Positions 6,878 through 16,031 of a stretch of DNA of 32,000 nucleotides are shown here, piece by piece. A program made the position numbers and the translations under genes. Numbering within the stretch: the stretch's first letter is position 1; each line of letters starts with the position of its first letter. The stretch covers positions 5,670,001 to 5,702,000 of the forward strand of contig NZ_CP042911.1 of assembly GCF_008065095.1 (NCBI RefSeq), written 5' to 3'. The DNA comes from Gemmata obscuriglobus. GTDB taxonomy: Bacteria; Planctomycetota; Planctomycetia; Gemmatales; Gemmataceae. Under the pieces are notes generated by a model, which was given only the letters and a program-made list of their open reading frames with translations, had not been told where the DNA came from and ran no database searches.

Positions 6878-8748
6878 CCCCGCCCTTGCCGAACACGCCG
6901 CACGACCAGACCGCCGTGAGCCAGCCGCGCGGGCAGGCCGCCGACGACACCGAGCGCGACGCCGCGGCCACCGCCGCGGACGTGACCGTGGTGCGCGTGC
7001 GACCGTCGGCCATGACCGTTACCGAGATCATGGACGTGGGGGAAGGCAGCAACTTCGGGAAGTACCAGCTCGACGGTGAACTCGCGCGCGGCGGAATGGG
7101 GGTCGTTTACAAGGCCCGGCAGAAGGGGCTCGACCGGCTCGTCGCGCTCAAGATGATACTGGACACCGGAACAGACAAAGAGGCCGCCCAGCGGTTCCTC
7201 CAGGAGGCCCGGGCCGCCGCCGCCCTGGACCACCCGAACGTGGTTCCCATCTACGACATCGATGAGATCGGCGGCAAGCCGTATTTCACGATGGCCTTGA
7301 TCGAGGGGCCGAACCTCCGCGGGTACATCGACGCGCACCCGGCCGCCCCGATCCCGATGCTGGTATCGCTGTTCCTCCAAACCGTGAGCGGGGTGGCTCA
7401 CGCGCACCGGCACGGCATCGTCCACCGCGACCTGAAGCCCGCGAACGTGCTGATCGACAAGGACGAGCGGCCCCGGGTCACCGACTTCGGGCTCGCCAAG
7501 CGGGCGTCCGCCGACGCCCAACTGACCACCACCGGGCAGGTGGTCGGCACCCCCGCGTACATGGCCCCCGAGCAGGCCCGCGACAGCAAGGAGGTCGGCC
7601 CGGCGGCCGACGTGTACTCGCTCGGCGCGATCCTGTACTTCATGCTCACGGGCACGGCCCCGTTCCACGCGGACAGCGTCACCGACCTGCTCATCAAGGT
7701 GGTGATGGAGCCGCCGGTGCCGCCCCGCGAGCGCCGTGCCGACATTCCGGCCGATGTTGAGGAGCTGTGCCTCCGGTGCCTGGCGAAGGCGCCGGCGGAC
7801 CGGTTCGCCGACGCCCAAGAGCTGCTCGTGGCGCTCGGCCCGATCGCCGACCAGTACCTCACGCCTTCGACCAGCATGACCCCGTCGGCGGCAAAGATCC
7901 CGTTCCCGAAGGCCCGTAGCGTGCCGTCGCTGGGCCGCGTGCCGCTCGCGAACGTGGCGGACTCGGTTCCGTCGCTCGGGGCCGCGCTGGCGAAGCCGAT
8001 ACCGGCCGCTGCTCGGCCGGCGCCCCCAGCCGCACCCGCGGCGCCGGTCGAACCGGCGCCCCAGGAGTGCCCCGGGCGGCGCACCAAGAGCGGTAAACTG
8101 GTGGCGTTCGCCCTCGCGGGTGTGGCGGCGGTGCTGGCGTGCGTGGCCGCGTTCCTGTTAACCCGCGACAAGCCGAAAGCGGCAGACCCCGAGCCGCGTC
8201 CGGTCGAGGCGGTCCAGCAGGCGGTCGGCGAGGCGGTCGCATGGCCCGGCATCGCACGCAGTGATTTCGAGCTCAAGGTGGACCTGTCCGCCCCGGCGGC
8301 GAAGAAGGCGGCCGACGGCTCGCTGCAACTGGTACCCGGGACGCCGATGAAGTTGCATTTGAAGGCCGCAGCGGACTGTCGCGTGTCGGTGTGGGTGCTC
8401 GAACCGGGCGGGCAAGTGACCCGCCTGTTCCCGAACGACAACGAGCTCGACGACCGGCTGACCGCCGGCACGGAGCGGGTGGTTCCCGGGAACGCCAGCT
8501 ACGTTCTCGAAAGCCTTCCGACGGACGGTCAGGGCCACGAACGGCTCCGGGTGATCGCGACGACCGGGGACCAACCCGCGTTCCCGCCCGGCGCCAAGAG
8601 CGGCCGGTTCACCACGTACTCCACCCCGCAGGACCGCGCGGCGCTCGTTTCCACCGTTCGCGGGGTCGTCGTCAAGAAAGCTGGCGCCGCTCCCACGTCC
8701 CCGGGGGCGGTTTCGGAAGCGGAACTCCTGTTCCGCGTTCAGAAATGA
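6874..8748 (+). CDS. Membrane Ser/Thr protein kinase with an extracytoplasmic DUF4384-like C-terminal domain
   Basis: Hanks motifs are present: GRGGMGVVYKA, VALKMI, HRDLKPANVLI, DFGLAK, GTPAYMAPE. Single TM LVAFALAGVAAVLACVAAFLL. The C-terminal 'KLHLKAAADCRVSVWVLEPGGQVTRLFPN...ERLRVIATT' matches the DUF4384 pattern from memory. The ATG at 6874 overlaps the upstream stop (ATGA), with AGGGGA at 6864-6869. Confidence 0.9.
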   Translation: MTPPLPNTPHDQTAVSQPRGQAADDTERDAAATAADVTVVRVRPSAMTVTEIMDVGEGSNFGKYQLDGELARGGMGVVYKARQKGLDRLVALKMILDTGTDKEAAQRFLQEARAAAALDHPNVVPIYDIDEIGGKPYFTMALIEGPNLRGYIDAHPAAPIPMLVSLFLQTVSGVAHAHRHGIVHRDLKPANVLIDKDERPRVTDFGLAKRASADAQLTTTGQVVGTPAYMAPEQARDSKEVGPAADVYSLGAILYFMLTGTAPFHADSVTDLLIKVVMEPPVPPRERRADIPADVEELCLRCLAKAPADRFADAQELLVALGPIADQYLTPSTSMTPSAAKIPFPKARSVPSLGRVPLANVADSVPSLGAALAKPIPAAARPAPPAAPAAPVEPAPQECPGRRTKSGKLVAFALAGVAAVLACVAAFLLTRDKPKAADPEPRPVEAVQQAVGEAVAWPGIARSDFELKVDLSAPAAKKAADGSLQLVPGTPMKLHLKAAADCRVSVWVLEPGGQVTRLFPNDNELDDRLTAGTERVVPGNASYVLESLPTDGQGHERLRVIATTGDQPAFPPGAKSGRFTTYSTPQDRAALVSTVRGVVVKKAGAAPTSPGAVSEAELLFRVQK

Positions 8749-8802
8749 CCACACCTGGACCGCCCCCGGGTGTTGTGTCTGCGACCGACGTTTTATGGGC
8801 GG

Positions 8803-10773
8803 TTAGCGGCTGAGCTTGTCGGCCCCGGGCGTCGGCGCTTGGCCGATGGTCGCCAGCGCCTGCGTCAGGAAGTCGGTCGCGAGGAGTTGCACCCGCTTGT
8901 CGATCTCGGCGCACGCGGCGTCCCAGTCCGCTTGCGGCGTTCCGGGCTTCCACGGCTGGCACGATACCTCAATGTACGCCTTGGCCTTGGGCTCCGTGCC
9001 GCTCGGGCGGAGGCACACCTTCGCCCCGATCCCGTCCCCGGTCAGCCGGAAGATGAGGAAGTTGCGCGCCGCCTTATCCGTGTCACCCTTGAACGGCCCC
9101 ATCCGCCCGCTCTCGTCCTGAAGGTCTTCGAAGCCCGTGACCGGCAGGCCGCCGATCGTTTTCGGCGGGCTGCTCCGGAGCGCGTCGAGCATGCGCCCCA
9201 TGTTCACCTTGCCTTCGAGGCCCGTGAGCACGATGTTCAGCAGCTCGTTCCGGAAGTACCCGAACTGGCGGTTCAGCTCGTCGAGGTACGTGACGAGCGT
9301 GCTGCCCTGGCGCTTCTGGTAGAGCGCCGCCTCGGCCAGCAGCAGCGCGGCGCAGGCGGAGTCCTTGTCGCGGACCCCGGCGGTCGCCATGATCCCGTGG
9401 CTCTCTTCGCTCGCGATGACGAAATCCTTGAGCGTGCCGCGGACGTCGCCGAACTGGCCGGTCGATTCGATCTGCCACAGGGCGTCGGCGTGGTACTTGA
9501 ACCCGACCAGCAGGTCCGCGATCGTCTGCGCCCCGAAGTGCCGGCCGATGCGGGCGACCTGTCCGGTGGTCACCTCCGTGGTGATGACGATGGGTGCGGC
9601 GGGCAGGGAGCCCGAGCGCGCGAGCTGGGCCAGCTTGAAGTGCGTGAGCAGGGCCGCGATCTCGTTGCCCGTCAGGAACCGGAACGTGCCCTTTCCGTCC
9701 GGCGAGCGGTTCGCCATGCCGCCGAGCCGGTCGGCGTCCGGGTCGGTGGAGATGATGAGGTCGGCGCCCGTCTCCAGCCCGACCCGCTCGGCCCGGTCCA
9801 TGCACTCGGGCACCTCCGGGTTCGGGGTCTTCGTGACGTTCGGGAACTGGCCGTCCGGGGTCGCCTGCTCCGGCACCGGGATCGGCCGGAACCCTTGCGC
9901 TTCCAGCACCTCGCCGGCGCAGAACCCGCCGCACCCGTGCATCGGCGTGTACACCACCCGCAGCTCGTCCGCCTTCGGCACGCCCAGCACGCTCTCGTGC
10001 CGGCACAGGTCGATGAACGCCCGGTGCGGCGCGTCGTCGAGGAACTGCACCTTGCCGGCGCGGACCGCGTCGGCGAACGGGACGTGCTTGATCGCCGTGA
10101 CCTGATCGACCATCTCGCTCATGAGCTGGTCCTCGGGCGGGACCAACTGGCTGCCGCGGTCGTCGTAGAACTTGCTCCCGTTGTCGTCGGGCGGGTTGTG
10201 GCTGGCGGTCATGTTCAGCCCGCCGTGCGCCCGCAGGAACCGGACGGTGAACGACAGCTCGGGGGTCGGGACGTACCGCTTGCTGTCCGGCGGGAGGATG
10301 TGCGCCTGAATGCCGTTGGCCGCGTACACCCCGGCCGCGTGCTGGCAGAACTCGCGGCTGGACAGGTGCAGCACCGGGTTCGGCAGGGCGGGGTTGTAGA
10401 CCTTGCGCTTGTCCTCGAACTGGCGCACGTCGAACGCGAGCACCACCTTCAGCGGCGCGACGCCGGGGAACCGCTGGCGCAGGTACTCGCAGTGCCCTTG
10501 GACGCTGGCGCCGAGGGTCCACAGGTTCATGCGGTTCGGGCCGATGCCGACCGCGCCGCGGCGCCCGCCGGTGCCGAACGGCATCACCTGGTAGAAGGAG
10601 TCGAGCAGAACGGACCACGCGCCGGCGCCGCACAGGTGCTCGATTTGGGGGCGGTAGGCCGCAAAGTCCGGGTGTGTGAGCCAGGTCTCGAGGTTGCCGA
10701 GCGCCTTCTCTTTGAGCGCGGCGTCGGCGTCGATACCGGCGAACCCGGCCCGGGCGTCAGAAAGCAGATCCAT
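8803..10773 (-). CDS. alpha-D-phosphohexomutase family enzyme (phosphoglucomutase/phosphomannomutase-like), 656 aa
   Basis: All four family loops are present: TASHNP (phosphoserine), DPDADR (metal), SEESHG (sugar) and RPSGTEP (phosphate). GAGGA lies 7 nt upstream of the ATG. Confidence 0.9.
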   Translation of the reverse strand: MDLLSDARAGFAGIDADAALKEKALGNLETWLTHPDFAAYRPQIEHLCGAGAWSVLLDSFYQVMPFGTGGRRGAVGIGPNRMNLWTLGASVQGHCEYLRQRFPGVAPLKVVLAFDVRQFEDKRKVYNPALPNPVLHLSSREFCQHAAGVYAANGIQAHILPPDSKRYVPTPELSFTVRFLRAHGGLNMTASHNPPDDNGSKFYDDRGSQLVPPEDQLMSEMVDQVTAIKHVPFADAVRAGKVQFLDDAPHRAFIDLCRHESVLGVPKADELRVVYTPMHGCGGFCAGEVLEAQGFRPIPVPEQATPDGQFPNVTKTPNPEVPECMDRAERVGLETGADLIISTDPDADRLGGMANRSPDGKGTFRFLTGNEIAALLTHFKLAQLARSGSLPAAPIVITTEVTTGQVARIGRHFGAQTIADLLVGFKYHADALWQIESTGQFGDVRGTLKDFVIASEESHGIMATAGVRDKDSACAALLLAEAALYQKRQGSTLVTYLDELNRQFGYFRNELLNIVLTGLEGKVNMGRMLDALRSSPPKTIGGLPVTGFEDLQDESGRMGPFKGDTDKAARNFLIFRLTGDGIGAKVCLRPSGTEPKAKAYIEVSCQPWKPGTPQADWDAACAEIDKRVQLLATDFLTQALATIGQAPTPGADKLSR

Positions 10774-10851
10774 GTATGCGTCCTCGCGGGCGGCGCGAGG
10801 TCTTTGCGACCCGCGCCGGGAGGGTTTTCTACCGGCGCCCGGCGCCAGAGA

Positions 10852-11376
10852 CTACTGCGCCGCCCGCGATGCGGAAGAGGAATTCAGGGTGTTTACGATG
10901 ACCTCGTCGGTGCCGTTCGGCGGGGTCGAGCCGGCCGCCGGGTCCACTTTCACACGGATCTTGAGCGTGCGCCCCGGTGTGAGGTTGGCGGCCGGGATCG
11001 TGTGCGTGAACGGGCTCACACCCGGGGCCGGGACAACGGCCGTGTATACGACCGAGGGCGGAGCGCCGGTCGTGTCAAGCAGCGTGATCTCGTAGGGCAG
11101 GTCGTTGCGGTTCGTGGTCATGGTCACCGTCAGAGCTGTGTTCGCCGTGACCGGGCCGGCGGCCGGCGACGTGATGGCCGGTGCCGCGTCGACGAGCAGC
11201 GCGGTGAACTGGGCCGGTGCCGAACTCTTTTTGGCGGCTTTCTTTGCGGCCGGCTTTTTGACCGCTGGTTGCGTGGCCGCGGTCTTCTTGGCGGCCGGTT
11301 TCGGCGCGGCGACTTTTTTGGCGGCCTGCCGTTTCGTCGCAGAATTAATAGTAGGTTCCTTGGGCTGTTTGGGCAC
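10852..11376 (-). CDS. Lys/Ala/Pro-rich (histone-H1-like tail) protein with a beta-rich C-terminal domain, 174 aa
   Basis: GTG start at 11376 with AAGGGA upstream. The N-terminal ~55 aa read KRQAAKKVAAPKPAAKKTAATQPAVKKPAAKKAAKKSSAP. The C-terminal ~115 aa are rich in T/V/P and look like an Ig-like sandwich. The start and the fold are inference. Confidence 0.6.
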   Translation of the reverse strand: MPKQPKEPTINSATKRQAAKKVAAPKPAAKKTAATQPAVKKPAAKKAAKKSSAPAQFTALLVDAAPAITSPAAGPVTANTALTVTMTTNRNDLPYEITLLDTTGAPPSVVYTAVVPAPGVSPFTHTIPAANLTPGRTLKIRVKVDPAAGSTPPNGTDEVIVNTLNSSSASRAAQ

Positions 11377-11416
11377 GGTAAAATCCCTTGATGAGCATAG
11401 GGTAAGGGTTGTGATG

Positions 11417-13327
11417 TTACGGTTTCGGGGCCAGCTTAGTCACCGTCAGGTTGCGGACGACACAGTCGCACGAGTGGCAGTAGATGCCGATTCCCTTGCC
11501 GAGGTAAGGGGGGCGGAACGTGTATTCCGATAGCGCTGGGCCCAGCCCATTGAATGGCAGCGCGCTGTTGAGGTCCACGCCAATAATGCCTGCGGAAAGT
11601 GGTCGAATCGGGTGCCCGTCGACCTCCCCTTCGATGGCGTCCCCGCGGACATCGATCCGCACTTTCGCGAACCGCAGCTTTTCGTTCTTGTTTTCCGGGT
11701 GCCAGCGTGACCACGCCCGCAAGTGGTTGCCAGTGAGTCCGTTCTCGTGGCGCGCCCACCAGTACCTCTCGAAGGTGCCGGCGAGGCGGCGCTCCGCATT
11801 AACGAACTCGGGGCCAATGGTTGCTGCGAAAAACGATTCGTGTTTGAACGGCAGGCCTTCCCACAGTCGCCGGCCGACGTAAATGCCGGCTCGCGCATTG
11901 ACTGTGGTGTTGAACGTTGTCCCGATCATGGCCTCGACCCGGTAGTCGGGCGGAAGCTCTTGGTCAAGGATGTTCGCCATCCCGGTGCCCGTGTGTGAGA
12001 ACTTGACGTAGTTGTCGATCGTGTCGCGCATCAGCGTGTGGTCCGGCTCGTTAACCGGTTCGATCAACGGGAGCCCGGTGTCGTCGGTAATCGCGACCGG
12101 CCCGCCGGCTGCGATTCGCTCACCGAATGAGGGTTCTGGAGGCCGTCGCTCGGTCGGAGGTGGCTCGTCTTGGGGCGGCTTCTGCAGAAGTAATGCGGCT
12201 GTCGTGATTACTGCGACGAGGGCAATCGCGGCGGCGATGAGTACGCGACGGCTTCGCCACCAGTGTAGCGGTTTCTCGGGCAAGGTTGCCTGACGCGCGG
12301 CCGCTTCGGCTTGAGACTCGAGCAGCGCGCGAACCGCTTCGTCGCGGCGCCAGCGGTCGAGGTCGTCTGCCAACTCGGCGGCGGTCGGGTATCGGTCCCC
12401 CGGGCGCTTGGCGAGGCACTTGAGTACGATCGCTTGAAGCGCCGCGGGCACGTCCGCATACAGTGCAGCGGGCGGCACCGGTTGTGCCGTGCGGATCACG
12501 TGATACACGTCGTGGTGCCCGTCGTCGGCGAACGGGCGGTGCCCGGTCAGCACCTCGTACAGGGTCACGCCCAGCGCCCACACGTCACACGGAGCCTTGT
12601 AATCCTGCCGCCGCCCCAGGGTCTGCTCGGGGGCCATGTACATGCGCGTCCCCAGCGGCAGCGCGGTGAGCGTGAGGTCCGACTCGTCGCCGAGACACTT
12701 CGCGAGCCCGAAGTCCGCGACCAGCGGTTCGTCGTCCGGCCCGATCAGGATGTTGAGCGGCTTCAGGTCCCGGTGGATGATCCCCTGGTCGTGCAGCGCC
12801 TGGACCCCGCGGGCCACCTTCGCCAGTAGCGCCGCGGCCGCGCGGTGATCCTTACGAAACCGCTCGAGGTGGCCGTTGAGTGTGCCGTCCGCGACGAACT
12901 CCATGGTGCAGTACGGGAACCCATGCCAGTTGCCGGCGTCGTACACCGGCACCACGTTCGGGTGCTTGATCTGGGCGAGGGTGCGGATCTCGCGCAGGAA
13001 CCTCTCGTGCGCGATCTCGTCGCTGGCGCCGCGCGGGCTGATGAGCTTCAGCGCCACGAGCCGGTCGGTGGCCAGGTGGCGGGCGCGGAATACGACCCCG
13101 GTGCCCCCCGAGGCAACGAACTTTTCCACCACGTAGCCCGGGATCTGGGGCAGTTGGAACGTATCCTCGGGTCCGCGGTTCATGACGATTCGGGCAGCGG
13201 TATCTGTTGTGTCTTCGCTCGCGTTGACGGGAGTAGGTGGCGAGTCGGGGACCGGGAACGACGCGAGTGGCTCCGGGGCACCGGTCTCGGTTCCGGCGGT
13301 GAGGGGGATCGGCACGGGCGGCCTCAC
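11417..13327 (-). CDS. Membrane Ser/Thr protein kinase with a beta-rich extracytoplasmic C-terminal domain (possibly DUF1080/LamG-like)
   Basis: Motifs: GGTGVVFRARH, VALKLI, HRDLKPLNILI, DFGLAK, GTRMYMAPE. TM helix VLIAAAIALVAVITTAALLL. The start is uncertain: GTG at 13327 or ATG at 13183, neither with a clear SD. Confidence 0.85.
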   Translation of the reverse strand: MRPPVPIPLTAGTETGAPEPLASFPVPDSPPTPVNASEDTTDTAARIVMNRGPEDTFQLPQIPGYVVEKFVASGGTGVVFRARHLATDRLVALKLISPRGASDEIAHERFLREIRTLAQIKHPNVVPVYDAGNWHGFPYCTMEFVADGTLNGHLERFRKDHRAAAALLAKVARGVQALHDQGIIHRDLKPLNILIGPDDEPLVADFGLAKCLGDESDLTLTALPLGTRMYMAPEQTLGRRQDYKAPCDVWALGVTLYEVLTGHRPFADDGHHDVYHVIRTAQPVPPAALYADVPAALQAIVLKCLAKRPGDRYPTAAELADDLDRWRRDEAVRALLESQAEAAARQATLPEKPLHWWRSRRVLIAAAIALVAVITTAALLLQKPPQDEPPPTERRPPEPSFGERIAAGGPVAITDDTGLPLIEPVNEPDHTLMRDTIDNYVKFSHTGTGMANILDQELPPDYRVEAMIGTTFNTTVNARAGIYVGRRLWEGLPFKHESFFAATIGPEFVNAERRLAGTFERYWWARHENGLTGNHLRAWSRWHPENKNEKLRFAKVRIDVRGDAIEGEVDGHPIRPLSAGIIGVDLNSALPFNGLGPALSEYTFRPPYLGKGIGIYCHSCDCVVRNLTVTKLAPKP

Positions 13328-13797
13328 TCGGTAAAGGATTGGACGTAAAGAGCGGGATTGGGTGCGTTAAAGTCGTTTACCTGCGACCCGCGCATACAAG
13401 TTCCCCGAATCATAATCGACGGGTGCGCGATGGGAAGCGTGCGATTGTGAAAAACGACTCTCACGCACCACGAACGGTCTCAAACGTGTTCATCACCGCA
13501 CTCCCGGGCGCGGCCGGGCGCTGCGGATTTTATCAGCGGATCACCGCCGCTTGGCGGTGACGGAAGCGGCGCGCGGCCAGTGCCGAGGGTTCGACGGTGA
13601 TGTGCTCATGGACGCTTCCCGATCCGCGGCCGTGAGCATATTGACCTGACTCGGCCGATGTGATCGGGTGCTCCAGGCCCGGTTCGCCGTGCCTGGGGCC
13701 TCTCCTCTTCAAATGCGGTGGGCGAGCCGCTGAAGTTCGGGCCTTACGGCGTTCGCCGTTCTCCAACAGGTCGTTTCGCTCGAACGCCGCAACCGGC

Positions 13798-15816
13798 CTA
13801 TTTCGGTTTCACATCGACGCGGTGGGTGGACGCGCCCACCGGTCCCCACGGACAGTTGGGAAAGCTCAGCTTCACCTTGGCCGCCTCCACCCCGGCCTTG
13901 ACGCCGTCCGGGACGGTCACCCGAGCGAAGAACTTGTCTCCACTGTCGCGGTCGGTGAGGTTGACCGTCACGGTGATTGGTTTCGCTCCGGCCACGAGCG
14001 GTTCGAACTCGATTTCCGCCACCGGCCCGGCCCCCTTCGGTACTTGGTCGTTCGAGAAGGCGGTGAAGCTGCCCAGGCCGATCCCCGGCGTGCCGACCTG
14101 GACCGTGAATTCGGCCGGTGCGGCGGCGTTCAGCAGCGATCGGCCCGAGACCCACGGGCGGCAGACCACCTCCGCGCCGCCGAACAGGAGCACCTGCGCG
14201 GTCCTCGCCGCGTCCCCCCACCAGAGGTCACCCAGCGCCCTCTGGAGGGGGCGTCCCTTGGCTTGCGCGAGCACGTCCGCGGCCACGCTCCCGGTTTCGA
14301 GGTACAAGACGGTGAGCACCTCAATTTTGTGCGTCGTCCCACCGGGCTCGGTCAACTCGATTCCCGTAAACGTGAGCGCGCGCCGCGTTCCGGACGTGTG
14401 GTCCCGCTTGGGGCGGGCGAACTTCTCGCCGTCGTCCGTGAGGTCGCCGTTGCCGTTGCGATCGACGTAGAGCGTGGTCCCGTCTGACACCGCCCAAACC
14501 AGAAACTTGGCTTCGGGGCCGAACGCCAGGAGCAGGTACCGCGGTTCGCCGACGTACTTCGGTTCCTTCTGGATCTTTCGCTCGATCGCTTTGAGCGCAT
14601 CGGGCACCGGCGCGACTGTCTCCTTGTCCTTGAGAGCGCGGAATTTGCGGACGGTCCCCGTGTCCGCGTTCTTCAGCTCGAATTCGGTGCGGTCTTTGGC
14701 CCAGGTGAGCTGGTACTTACGCAGCGCGTCCTCGGGGCGCACGCGCACGCTCTCTTCACCGGCCCACCGGTCGGTTACCTGATAGGTCAGGGTGCCGTTC
14801 TTCAACTCGTACCGGCCCCGGAGCGTGGCGTTCGTGTCGACACCCGGGCTGCGGAGGTGGACCTGCCACACCAGATGCTTGCCGTCCACGAACCGGAGGG
14901 TTTCGGTCCGCACAGCTCCGTCGCCTGCGGCGGTGGATTGCCACGCGCCTTCAAGTAACTTCTCTGGCAAGCCGGCTTGCGGGTCCGGGGCCAACGCGCG
15001 GGCGACGGGCTTCGGCGCCGGCGGAGCGATCGGTTCGGGCGGCGCGGTCAGGTACCAACCGGCAGTTGCGGCCCCGGCGAGGGCGAGCGCGGCGAAACAA
15101 ACGAGCGGTCGGAACACGGGAAATCCTCCAGTAGCAAGTGCGGCGACGGCCGGCGTGGGCGGGGCGGTACCCGTTGCGACGGCGGCGGTGTGCGCGCTCC
15201 AATTCGGGGCCGCGGCCACGGGCGTTTCGAGCAGCACCGGAAGGAGCCCGACCGCGAGCGCGAACCCGCGCCGCGCGAGCCGGGCGCGCAGCTTCTCGCG
15301 GCCCCGCTCGAGCCGGCCGCGGAGCGTCGCGAGCGGCCAGCCGAGCCGGGCCGCCGCCTCGTCCCGGGTGAGCCCTTCGAGGTAGCACAGCACCAGCGGC
15401 GCGCGGAGCGGTTCGGGGAGCGCGGCAAGGGCCTCGTCGATCACCAGCCGCGCGTCCTCCCAGCTCGGCGCTGGCGGTGCGGCCGGGGGCGATGAGCCGG
15501 GGAGCGGTTGCACCCGTCGGCGCCGGCGCCGGGCCTTGCGGGCCACACGCACCGCCACCCCGTGCAGCCACGCGCCCAGCGCGGACGGGCGGCGAACCCG
15601 GGCCGCGTTGCGGGCGAGCAGTAAGAACACCGCCTGGGCCGCGTCTTCCGCGTCTTGGGTGTGCCCGAGCACCCTCCGGCAGGTGCCCAGAACGGTCGGC
15701 GTGTACCGGCCGACCAGGGCGGTGAATGCCGACTGGTCTTCACCCACGATGAACCGATCCAGCAGCTCCGAATCGGCCCCTTCGCCCAGTTGTCGCACGA
15801 ACGACCCGAACGGCAT
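13798..15816 (-). CDS. ECF (sigma-70 family) sigma factor fused to a transmembrane segment and a ~330-aa extracytoplasmic C-terminal extension
   Basis: Region 2 ([54 protein letters not shown]) and region 4 ([46 protein letters not shown]) are recognisable. A hydrophobic helix follows ([20 protein letters not shown]), then a long domain. The ATG at 15816 has GGAGG 6 nt upstream, so the ORF-track extension to 16101 was rejected. Confidence 0.85.
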   Translation of the reverse strand: MPFGSFVRQLGEGADSELLDRFIVGEDQSAFTALVGRYTPTVLGTCRRVLGHTQDAEDAAQAVFLLLARNAARVRRPSALGAWLHGVAVRVARKARRRRRRVQPLPGSSPPAAPPAPSWEDARLVIDEALAALPEPLRAPLVLCYLEGLTRDEAAARLGWPLATLRGRLERGREKLRARLARRGFALAVGLLPVLLETPVAAAPNWSAHTAAVATGTAPPTPAVAALATGGFPVFRPLVCFAALALAGAATAGWYLTAPPEPIAPPAPKPVARALAPDPQAGLPEKLLEGAWQSTAAGDGAVRTETLRFVDGKHLVWQVHLRSPGVDTNATLRGRYELKNGTLTYQVTDRWAGEESVRVRPEDALRKYQLTWAKDRTEFELKNADTGTVRKFRALKDKETVAPVPDALKAIERKIQKEPKYVGEPRYLLLAFGPEAKFLVWAVSDGTTLYVDRNGNGDLTDDGEKFARPKRDHTSGTRRALTFTGIELTEPGGTTHKIEVLTVLYLETGSVAADVLAQAKGRPLQRALGDLWWGDAARTAQVLLFGGAEVVCRPWVSGRSLLNAAAPAEFTVQVGTPGIGLGSFTAFSNDQVPKGAGPVAEIEFEPLVAGAKPITVTVNLTDRDSGDKFFARVTVPDGVKAGVEAAKVKLSFPNCPWGPVGASTHRVDVKPK

Positions 15817-15868
15817 GGCTGTCCTCCCGCTTCGGCCCATTAGTGCCCCTGCCCGCTCGCCGCGACAC

Positions 15869-15893
15869 GACGATTCGGAAAAAATCGGGTTCC
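15869..15893 (-). promoter_or_regulatory. Candidate ECF-type promoter GGAAC-N16-CGTC upstream of the ECF sigma gene
   Basis: The minus strand reads GGAAC (15893-15889), a 16-nt spacer ccgattttttccgaat, then CGTC (15872-15869). The -10 element ends 52 nt upstream of the ATG. This fits the generic ECF -35 GGAAC / -10 CGT consensus and the usual autoregulation. Confidence 0.45.
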
Positions 15894-16031
15894 CGGACCC
15901 CTCCCGCTGGCGTGGGGCGCCCTCAATCACGAGTGCCCCGCACGGGAGGGATTCGGTCCCGTGCGCGCCGTCGAGAACGGCTATCATGGATTTCAGCGTA
16001 CCGTCGGCCGACGCGCGTGGGGGAGGGGGCT

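Noticed and set aside
8770-11391. Very long ORFs antisense to real genes: 8770..11391 (+, 873 aa), 5450..6856 (-), 326..1390 (-), 6748..7818 (-), 18880..20244 (-), 24745..25983 (-), 22135..23187 (-).
   Set aside because: Their translations are Arg/Pro/Gly/Ala-rich low-complexity strings with no motifs, and they overlap frames that carry unmistakable family motifs. Such shadow ORFs are expected in DNA that is about two-thirds G+C, where stop codons are rare.
13339-13766. Small ORFs (13339..13560 plus strand, 13533..13766 minus strand) and an 8-bp hairpin tcaccgcc-gctt-ggcggtga (13539-13558) in the 470-nt gap between the ECF gene and the kinase gene.
   Set aside because: The ORFs have mediocre third-position G+C (about 71% by hand count) and no motifs. 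The hairpin has no U-tract. The region is more likely the kinase promoter/leader, and I could not identify a promoter motif in it.
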